In this document: piece by piece, positions 19,284 to 26,449 of the stretch
How the letters are laid out: each line of letters opens with the position of its first letter
Position numbering within the stretch: the stretch's first letter is position 1
NCBI GenBank assembly: GCA_964547975.1
Contig: CAZJRM010000002.1
Coordinates: 1 to 61,723 of the forward strand
Origin: an uncultured Vicinamibacterales bacterium
GTDB taxonomy: Bacteria; Acidobacteriota; Vicinamibacteria; Vicinamibacterales; JAKQTR01
DNA: 61,723 bases
Reading direction: 5' to 3'
Position numbers and translations under genes: made by a program
Notes under the pieces: model-generated
Told to the model about the DNA's origin: nothing
What the model saw: the letters and a program-made list of their open reading frames with translations, nothing else
Databases searched by the model: none

Positions 19284-20897
19284 TCACCGCAACCAGCGCG
19301 GGATGCTGACCATGCCCGCTTTCACGGCCACCGCAGCCGCCACCACCATGGCGAGCGCCAGCAAGACACTTCCAGCCGCGGCGTACACCCGCCGCCTCCG
19401 TCGCTTGAGGCGGTCGGCCGTCGTCTCGATGAGCGGAATGGCAGCCAGCATGGGCACGGCCACGACCAGAGCGAGTTCGGACTCGTTGCGGACGCCTCGG
19501 TCCCGGTACTCCAGCAGGAAGGCCACGCCGAACCCGAATGCCAGACCGCCAAAGATCCCGATCACGTTGATGAGCGGCCGATTGGGGCTGAATGGCGACT
19601 CGGGCAGTCGCGCGCGGTCGAGGGTCTTGAACTGCTCGCCAATGCCCCGGTCTTCGAGGGCCGCCGCGACCTTCGAGTCTTCCTGCTTGGCGAGCAGGTT
19701 CGTGTAGAGCGTCTGCAGGGTCTGGTAATCACGGGTCAGCGCCGTGAACTCCGCCTCAATCGAAGGCGTCGCAGCCACGCGCCGTTCGAACTGCGACATC
19801 TGTTCCCGCAGGCGGCGCTCCTCGGCCTGCTTCGAGGCGATCTGCGACTCGACGGCGGCCAGTTCCTGTCGCGCTTCCTGGAGCCGGCGCACCACGCTGG
19901 CCTCTTCCGGGCGCAGCGGGCGTCCGGTAGGTACTGGAGCCCCGCCGGCGGCGCCTCGCGCCTCGTCCGCCCGGAGTTTGGTTTCCAGGTCACGGATGAC
20001 CCGGCGCGCGAATGCCACGTCCGGGTGGCCGGGTTTCAGCCGCAGTTCGAGGAGCTTGAGGTTCTCTCGCGCCGATTCCAGCTGCTCGGCCGTCGTCGCT
20101 CCCGGGACCACCCCGGCGGCCGCATCGGGAGACGCGGACTGCGCCGCGGCCCTGACCGCCTTGGCTTCGGCTTCGAGTTCGCCGACGGTCCGTTCGAGGA
20201 AAAGCCGGCGATCGCGGTCGCGGTTCACCGAGTCGGCGAGGGCCTGTGCCTGCATCTGAACGTTGTGCAGGACCTGCAGGTTGGAATCCCGTTCCGACGG
20301 AAGTTCACCGGCATGCATGCGCTGGAACTCCGCGACCTTCCGTTCCTGTTCGCTCAGGCGCTGTCGCGCGTCCTCGAGTTGCGACTGAAGAAAGTCGGTG
20401 GTCCGCTCGGCGAGCACCGACCGATCCTGCAGGCTCTGGTTGGTGAAGAGCGTGGCCAGCCGATCAGCCGTCTCCATCGCCTTCCGCGGCGAATCGGAGA
20501 CGTAGGACACACGGAAGGCGTCACCCCGCACGATGTCCACGGAGACGTCGCGACGCATCTTCTCGATGACGTCCTCCATCGGCAAACGCGAAACTTCGTC
20601 CGGATACAGTTTCAGGTCGCGAATGACCTGTTCGAGCGTCGTGCGGGTGGTGATCCGCTGCTGGATGGAACGCAGTCGGTCTTCAATCCGCGCTGTCACC
20701 GTCGACCGGACGTAACTCTCGGGTACGCGCTGGGGCTCCACGAGAATCAGCGTCTCGGACCGGTACCGGTCCGGGAGCCGGAGCGCGAACACCGCCGTGG
20801 CGACCGCGATAGCCACCGCCGGAACCAGGATGGCCCACTTGCGGCGCCAGACGATCCCGAGCAGGTCTTCAGGACTGTATTTCTTCCCAGGCAGCAC
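19284..20897 (-). CDS. polysaccharide chain-length determinant (Wzz/GumC-like, PEP-CTERM-locus type)
   Basis: N-terminal TM helix plus the Wzz region (PDRYRSETLILVEPQ), a long coiled-coil middle and a C-terminal TM helix. Confidence 0.85.
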   Translation of the reverse strand: MLPGKKYSPEDLLGIVWRRKWAILVPAVAIAVATAVFALRLPDRYRSETLILVEPQRVPESYVRSTVTARIEDRLRSIQQRITTRTTLEQVIRDLKLYPDEVSRLPMEDVIEKMRRDVSVDIVRGDAFRVSYVSDSPRKAMETADRLATLFTNQSLQDRSVLAERTTDFLQSQLEDARQRLSEQERKVAEFQRMHAGELPSERDSNLQVLHNVQMQAQALADSVNRDRDRRLFLERTVGELEAEAKAVRAAAQSASPDAAAGVVPGATTAEQLESARENLKLLELRLKPGHPDVAFARRVIRDLETKLRADEARGAAGGAPVPTGRPLRPEEASVVRRLQEARQELAAVESQIASKQAEERRLREQMSQFERRVAATPSIEAEFTALTRDYQTLQTLYTNLLAKQEDSKVAAALEDRGIGEQFKTLDRARLPESPFSPNRPLINVIGIFGGLAFGFGVAFLLEYRDRGVRNESELALVVAVPMLAAIPLIETTADRLKRRRRRVYAAAGSVLLALAMVVAAAVAVKAGMVSIPRWLR

Positions 20898-20905
20898 GTC
20901 TCACC

Positions 20906-22264
20906 TCACTGGCTCGCCGACGAACCCCGGACGGCCGGCGGCCGGCCGAATCTGGCGATCGGAAGCCAGAACGACACGCCCACCTGCACGCGGTGGCGCT
21001 CCATGGTCAAGGGCATCCCTTCGGGCACGTTGTACCCGGGCGGGAACCGATAGTTCACGTAGACGTATCCGGCATCCAGCGCCGCGTTCGCGATGAGCGC
21101 CACTCGCACGTGGGCGGACCCCGTCAGGAACCGCACGGAGCGGCTGCCCGACGATTGGCCGTCCGAGTAGAAGCCCGACAACCCCGCCGAGACGCGGCGC
21201 CCGAGCGCCCCGCCGAACGACAGGTTCGCGGTGTCCGCCCAGACCGGCTCGGCCAGCACTTCGTACGCACGCATCTGCCGGCCGTAGGAGGCACTGGCGG
21301 ACCACGTCCCGACGATCGAGCGATGCACCCTCACGTTCCAGTGCGGTCGCAGGGACTGGTCCCGGCTGTTGTCGATCCGGGACACACCGGCGGACGCCGA
21401 CACGCTCGTCGTCCGGCCGCGCCGGGTGCGCGGAGCGTAGGTCACACCGAGTTCGCCGCCGTGCCCCGTCGTCGGCTCGCGACTGACGCTGCCCGTGTAG
21501 TCGATGTAGAAGAACGAATAGCCGAGGGAGGAATGGAACGATCGCGACCATTCCCGATCGATCGACACCGACGCGGCATCGCTGCTCGAACCGCGGTCCT
21601 GCTCGGTGAAGAGCCCGCCGGTGCGGGTATAAGACACGGCTCCAGAGGTGAACCGTCCCAGTTCGCGGCGGAGGTTGGCCCCGGCGGTCACGCGGTTGAC
21701 CGGTTCCTGGGCCGCGGCGAAGTCGAGGGCCGACCCGAGGCCGCCTGGCGAGGTCGCCGCGTCGTACATGATCGTGAAGTACGGCAGGTGCGAGTAGCTG
21801 GCGCTCGTCATGAACATGGTTCGCCGCCCCGTCACGCCCATGTTGACGCTGGCGGTATACGCCCCGCCCACCGGCACGTCTTCGAGGTCCGGGTAGTACG
21901 GGACGGTCGTGCCGACACTGGCGCCGAACTGCACGACGCCGCCTCGCCTCGCGTACGAGAGCGTCACGCCGCCGGTGTACGCGTCGCGGTACGCCCGATC
22001 GGCCGTGGTCACGGCGGCGCTGCTGGCGAACGGGGCGTTGTCGAGCGCGGCTTCTCCGTTCAGGGAGAGGTCGATGCTGTGCAGGCTCTGCCGGCTCATC
22101 CCGTCTGGTCCGAACAACGGCCGGAACGCCCGGCCCACCCGCTCGGGCGGAGGCTCGGTGCCTTGCGCAGCGGGCGGCTGCGACTGCGCCCACACGGGGA
22201 CCGCCCCGAGCCACAGGCCCGCCACGACACCGAGCGCACGACGTCTGAACACCACAAGTCCCAT
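20906..22264 (-). CDS. putative outer-membrane beta-barrel protein, PEP-CTERM-system-associated type
   Basis: Signal peptide (AGLWLGAVPVWAQ), alternating-pattern Ser/Thr/Tyr/Gly-rich sequence, and position between the exporter and the chain-length determinant. Confidence 0.6.
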   Translation of the reverse strand: MGLVVFRRRALGVVAGLWLGAVPVWAQSQPPAAQGTEPPPERVGRAFRPLFGPDGMSRQSLHSIDLSLNGEAALDNAPFASSAAVTTADRAYRDAYTGGVTLSYARRGGVVQFGASVGTTVPYYPDLEDVPVGGAYTASVNMGVTGRRTMFMTSASYSHLPYFTIMYDAATSPGGLGSALDFAAAQEPVNRVTAGANLRRELGRFTSGAVSYTRTGGLFTEQDRGSSSDAASVSIDREWSRSFHSSLGYSFFYIDYTGSVSREPTTGHGGELGVTYAPRTRRGRTTSVSASAGVSRIDNSRDQSLRPHWNVRVHRSIVGTWSASASYGRQMRAYEVLAEPVWADTANLSFGGALGRRVSAGLSGFYSDGQSSGSRSVRFLTGSAHVRVALIANAALDAGYVYVNYRFPPGYNVPEGMPLTMERHRVQVGVSFWLPIARFGRPPAVRGSSASQ

Positions 22265-22270
22265 GGCCTG

Positions 22271-22975
22271 TTACGGCACGATCACCGTGTCACCGGGGCG
22301 CAGGTCGATGTTGCTCGCGAGGTTCTTGAGCTTCTGAACCTGCGAATAATCGAACTTGAACGCCTGGCGCTGTCCGGCCCGTCCCACCGGCTCCCGCACG
22401 ATGACGATGTCCTTCTCCTTGGCGTACTCGGTCAGCCCCCCCGCCAGCGCGATCAACTGCAGCACGGACATCCGGTTCCCGAGCGGATACGCGCCCGGCC
22501 GGGTCACCTGGCCCGTTATGAATACTTTTCGGCTGTTGATCTGCTTGACGATAATGGTCACGCTCGGATCTTCGATGAGCCGGCTCGCCTCCTGCGTGAC
22601 CTTGTCGCGCAGTTGGTCGGGCGTGAGCCCCGCCGCCTGGATGTCGTTCAGGAACTGCAGCGTGATCATGCCGTCCGGCCTCACGGTGACCTCGGCCGAC
22701 ATGTCCTTCTCCCGCCGGAAGAGCACGATCAGGACATCGTCCGGGCCAATCACATAATCGGGTGGCGGCGGCGTAACCTGAGCCGGCGGCGTCACGACGG
22801 CCGGCGGTTTGGCGGCAGTCGCGGGCGGACGCTGCGCGGTGCCTTGCGTCCTGGGCGGCGCGGCTTGAGGCGCCTGGAGGAGACCGGCGGCCAGCAGATC
22901 GCCGCACAGGAGCCCCGTGAGCACAACCGTCCCGAGCAGGGTAGAGATACGTCGTGTTGTCATGGTGACCATCAC
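22271..22975 (-). CDS. Wza-like polysaccharide export protein (Poly_export + SLBB)
   Basis: YVIGPDDVLIV...VRPDGMITLQFLNDIQAAGLTPDQL...VFITGQVTRPGAYPL. The start may be 22963 (MTTRRIS). Confidence 0.85.
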   Translation of the reverse strand: MMVTMTTRRISTLLGTVVLTGLLCGDLLAAGLLQAPQAAPPRTQGTAQRPPATAAKPPAVVTPPAQVTPPPPDYVIGPDDVLIVLFRREKDMSAEVTVRPDGMITLQFLNDIQAAGLTPDQLRDKVTQEASRLIEDPSVTIIVKQINSRKVFITGQVTRPGAYPLGNRMSVLQLIALAGGLTEYAKEKDIVIVREPVGRAGQRQAFKFDYSQVQKLKNLASNIDLRPGDTVIVP

Positions 22976-23010
22976 CGTCTGCGCGACTGTCGCGCGGCCG
23001 AGCCTTCAGG

Positions 23011-24081
23011 TTACCGATACTCCCTGAACGGCAGCTGGCAGTCGTGCTTCCTCAGGAAATTGAGGAATCGTTTGTAATCCGCCGGAGCCATGTTGAAGAG
23101 CCGTGTCACGATCTTGTAGTTGCCCTTGGACAGCTCGAGCCCCTTGGCGACGAGTTCCCGCAGGTTGCCCCGCGTGATTTCCCGCTGCATGTAGAGCGGG
23201 TACACGGCGGTCCAGAACGACTCGTGCTGCTCGATCATCTTCTTCAGCAGGTCGTCGGCCACCGTCCGGCGGCGCTCGCGCTTCGGCCGGACGCTGATGC
23301 TCGCCGGCGTGCGCACCTCGATGGGCAGATCGTCGACGCCGATTTCCGGCCCGCATCCCGAGACGAGCAGACGTTCGATCACGTTGGCCAGCTGCCGGAC
23401 GTTGCCGGGCCACGAGTAGTCCATCAACGCCGCGTAGGCGGCCGGTGACACGGTCGGGCGGTTGCCGTTGGTCCGCCCCATGGCGTCGAAGAAGTGCTCG
23501 ACGAGCAGGGGGATATCGTCACGGCGGTCGCGCAGCGGCAGCACGTGAATATGGACGACGTTGATGCGATAGAAGAGGTCTTCGCGAAACAGCCCCTGGC
23601 TGACCATCTCGGGCAGGTTGCGGTTGGTCGCCGCCACCACGCGGACGTCGACGTGTTTGCCGAGGCGGTCGGCGCCGATCTTCTGCAACTCGCCCGTCTC
23701 GAGGAACCGCAACAACATGCCCTGCAGCCGCGGGCTCATCTCGCCGATCTCGTCGAGGAAAATGCTCCCGTCGTGGGCCTTCTCGAGCATGCCCGGCTTG
23801 TCGCGGTACGCGCCCGTGAAGCTGCCCTTCATGTGCCCGAAGAGCTCCGACTCCAGCAGCGTCTCGGGCAGGCCTGCGCAGTTGACCGTCACGAACGACT
23901 TCGACGCCCTCGCACTGTTTGCGTGGATACCGAGCGCCACGAGCTCCTTGCCCGTGCCGCTCTCGCCCGTGATCAGCACTTTGGCGTCGGACATGGCCGC
24001 GCGCTGGATCTCGTGCTGCAACGCGAGCATGCCGGGGCTCCGCCCCACGAGCTGCGCCGCGATATTCCTGCTCACACTCAC
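23011..24081 (-). CDS. sigma-54-dependent transcriptional activator (bEBP) lacking any N-terminal sensor/receiver domain
   Basis: Walker A GESGTGKE by residue ~40, GSFTGA loop and Walker B FLDEIGEM. The C-terminal tail is ...GNYKIVTRLFNMAPADYKRFLNFLRKHDC. The GTG start overlaps the PilZ stop (GTGA). Confidence 0.9.
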   Translation of the reverse strand: MSVSRNIAAQLVGRSPGMLALQHEIQRAAMSDAKVLITGESGTGKELVALGIHANSARASKSFVTVNCAGLPETLLESELFGHMKGSFTGAYRDKPGMLEKAHDGSIFLDEIGEMSPRLQGMLLRFLETGELQKIGADRLGKHVDVRVVAATNRNLPEMVSQGLFREDLFYRINVVHIHVLPLRDRRDDIPLLVEHFFDAMGRTNGNRPTVSPAAYAALMDYSWPGNVRQLANVIERLLVSGCGPEIGVDDLPIEVRTPASISVRPKRERRRTVADDLLKKMIEQHESFWTAVYPLYMQREITRGNLRELVAKGLELSKGNYKIVTRLFNMAPADYKRFLNFLRKHDCQLPFREYR

Positions 24082-24413
24082 CGGCTACTTCCCTTCAGCA
24101 ACTCATCGATCGCAATCGCCCCGAGCGGCGACACGGAGGTGAAGAACGCGCCGACGCGGTATCCACCGGCATCCTTGTCCCAGTGGTCGGCGGCGTGACG
24201 CACGTGCAACTGCGCTTCGAGCGGGGCGCCGCCGAGGCGGGCCACGACCCGCGGGGTGGCACCGACACGCATTCGATCCGGGCATGCCATCAGCACGCCG
24301 CCCGAACTCAGGTCGAGCAGTCGCACCGCCATCGACACGGGGCGCATGGCCAGCGCGGCCCCGTTGACGGCCACCCTCGGATGACGACGCCGTTCGGTGA
24401 ACTCTCGATCCAC
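24078..24413 (-). CDS. stand-alone PilZ-domain protein (canonical c-di-GMP-binding motifs)
   Basis: RRHPR (RxxxR) and DLSSGG (DxSxxG) at the expected spacing. 111 aa. Confidence 0.8.
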   Translation of the reverse strand: MDREFTERRRHPRVAVNGAALAMRPVSMAVRLLDLSSGGVLMACPDRMRVGATPRVVARLGGAPLEAQLHVRHAADHWDKDAGGYRVGAFFTSVSPLGAIAIDELLKGSSR

Positions 24414-24414
24414 G

Positions 24415-24768
24415 TCAGACCTCTAGGATATCGGCCGGAGCCGACGGTTCGTTCACCAGTTCATCGACGAGTTTCGTCGCCTGGGAATCCAGGTCGAGGA
24501 ACTCGAGGCCGACGAGGTATCTGCCGGTCCCGGCGACGGCGTCGGCGGGAGTGGAATGCCTGACGCCGGCCCTGATGACGACGGCGTCGCAGCCGCGGAG
24601 GAGGCGGAGCGCCAGGACGGTGCCGACGGCCATGGGGGTCCTCGACTCGGTCAGCATGCCCTCGGGCGCGATGTTGTGCACGCGCATGGGTTCGAGCATC
24701 TCGACCGAGCCCCAGAGGCCCCCGAGCACCTCGAACCTGGGCGCGACACGACGGTCAGTGCGTTCCAT
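24415..24768 (-). CDS. stand-alone PilZ-like protein (second motif degenerate)
   Basis: RVAPR (RxxxR) and NIAPEG (NxAxxG, Ser replaced). ATG 24768 is preceded by GAAGGAG. The TTG-initiated extension to 24876 was rejected because it runs into the promoter-like element. Confidence 0.6.
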   Translation of the reverse strand: MERTDRRVAPRFEVLGGLWGSVEMLEPMRVHNIAPEGMLTESRTPMAVGTVLALRLLRGCDAVVIRAGVRHSTPADAVAGTGRYLVGLEFLDLDSQATKLVDELVNEPSAPADILEV

Positions 24769-24875
24769 CCCGACTCCTTCTACGGACCCGATGACATTCG
24801 GCGACAGCGGCACGGGCGGCGCCCCGGGCGGTTGGACCGCAGGCAGAGCACGGCTCTCGCACCTGGCTCCGAACA

Positions 24876-24891
24876 AGCAAAACCTAGTCCA
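24876..24891 (-). promoter_or_regulatory. sigma-54 (-24/-12) promoter candidate for the PilZ-PilZ-bEBP-EPS operon
   Basis: The minus strand reads TGGACT-AGGTT-TTGCT with correct GG-N10-GC spacing, about 108 nt upstream of ATG 24768. Confidence 0.45.
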
Positions 24892-25071
24892 GAACCACTA
24901 CCGCCGAGCGGGAAGCACCTGAGCAGCTGACGTCAAGAATCTGGCCGAAAAACGCGCCAACTTTGCTGAAGTCTTCCCTTCGTCTGAAGCGGGCCTGCAT
25001 CTAGTCTACCACAAGGAAGACTAATGTCCACCTTGTTGACCCTAACCCGGAATTCCGCCCGCCTTGCCGAC

Positions 25072-26220
25072 CTACCTCGGCGGCTCCCGATATACGTGAA
25101 ACGGCACCTCGCACCCGAACGTCCGAAGGAAATTCAGGAAACGTTTGTAATCCCGCTCCGGCATGTTGAACAGCTGCACGACGCCTCGATAACTGCCCTG
25201 CGTCCGTTCCAGCCCGAGGCGCACGACCTCCCTCACGTCGTGTCGCGTCAAGTCTCTCGCCATGAACGGCGCCCGGACCGCCGCCCAGAATGGCTCGCCA
25301 TGGCCCACCATGCGCTCGAACAGGACTTCGTGTGAGGGGGGTCGCGGGGGCAGCCCCGTGACCGCGGGCACCGGGGTCGGCGCCGCACGGAACTGGGACG
25401 GCAGGTCATCAATCGTAATCACCCCGCCCTGCGCGCGAAGCACGGCGCCTTCGACGGCGTTCCGCAATTCCCGCGTGTTGCCCGGCCAGCGATGGGCCAT
25501 CAATCGCTCGAGGACGCCCGGGCCGACGGACAACGCCGGCGACCCCGCCTTCGCGGCAAACAGGCGCAGGAAGTAGTCGAGCAACGCCGGAATATCCTCG
25601 AGTCGCTCGCGCAGGGGCGGCACCTCGATGTGCAGCACGTTCAGCCGGAAGAAGAGGTCCTCCCGGAACTCGCCCGCCGCGATCCGCTGCTCGACGTCCC
25701 GGTTCGTCGCCGCCAGAATTCGGACGTCGAAGCGGCGGCCAGGCTGATCCGCGCCCACCCGGTGCGTCTCCCCCGTTTCGAGGAACCGCAGCAGGAGGGC
25801 CTGCATCCGCAACGACATCTCGCACACTTCATCCATGAAGAGCGTGCTGCCGTCAGCGGTTTCGATGAGCCCGGGACGGTCGCGCAGCGCCCCGGTGAAA
25901 CTGCCCCGCTGGTGCCCGAACAACTCCGATTCGAGCAACGAATCGGGGAACCCCGCGCAGTTGATCGCCAGCATCCGGTGCCGACGCCGCGCGCTGCACG
26001 CGTGAATCGCGTGCGCCACGACTTCTTTGCCCGCCCCGCTCTCTCCGGTGATCAGGACCTTCGAGTCGCACCGACCAGCCACCTCGACTTCGTGCCGCAG
26101 ACGCGCCACGGGCAGGCTCGTCCCGATCAGACTGATCGGCGGTTCGGCATCAGCCGAATACACGACGCGCGAACGCTCACGGCCGAACGGGAACGGTACT
26201 CGTTCCATCGGGACTGACAT
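25072..26220 (-). CDS. sigma-54-dependent transcriptional activator (bEBP), paralog, also without a sensor/receiver domain
   Basis: GESGAGKE by residue ~60, GSFTGA and FMDEVCEM. The C-terminal tail ...GSYRGVVQLFNMPERDYKRFLNFLRTFGC parallels that of the 23011-24081 protein. Confidence 0.9.
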   Translation of the reverse strand: MSVPMERVPFPFGRERSRVVYSADAEPPISLIGTSLPVARLRHEVEVAGRCDSKVLITGESGAGKEVVAHAIHACSARRRHRMLAINCAGFPDSLLESELFGHQRGSFTGALRDRPGLIETADGSTLFMDEVCEMSLRMQALLLRFLETGETHRVGADQPGRRFDVRILAATNRDVEQRIAAGEFREDLFFRLNVLHIEVPPLRERLEDIPALLDYFLRLFAAKAGSPALSVGPGVLERLMAHRWPGNTRELRNAVEGAVLRAQGGVITIDDLPSQFRAAPTPVPAVTGLPPRPPSHEVLFERMVGHGEPFWAAVRAPFMARDLTRHDVREVVRLGLERTQGSYRGVVQLFNMPERDYKRFLNFLRTFGCEVPFHVYREPPR

Positions 26221-26343
26221 GGCGGCAAGTCTACCTGACAGAGGTTATCGGGGTCTGGCCCGCAAAACTTTGATTCCCGAATTGTAGAACCTAAGTGCGT
26301 CCGCGCGCAGACTTTTTTCTGCCGAGACCACGGAGTCAGACCA

Positions 26344-26431
26344 GGCTCTCGGGTTTCGGCTCTCGGCTCTCGACATACATGGCGCCGGCCTCTAGCCTCT
26401 AGCCTCTAGCCTCTAGCCTCTAGCCTCTAGC
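26344..26431. repeat. heptanucleotide tandem arrays: (GGCTCTC)-like x4, then (GCCTCTA)x6
   Basis: Read directly. GGCTCTC GGGTTTC GGCTCTC GGCTCTC lies at 26344-26371. Six perfect GCCTCTA units lie at 26388-26429 (+GC), ending 19 nt before the dsbD ATG. Confidence 0.85.
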
Positions 26432-26449
26432 GAATGTCATACTCCCTCC

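Noticed and set aside
22976-23010. A short GCGCGA-CTG-TCGCGC hairpin between the bEBP stop and the Wza-like start, considered as an attenuator.
   Set aside because: The 6-bp stem with a 3-nt loop and no T-tract is too weak to call. The genes are most simply read as one operon.
26388-26431. Heptamer arrays as a possible CRISPR array.
   Set aside because: The units are 7 nt and contiguous with no spacers, and no cas genes are present. They are simple tandem repeats.
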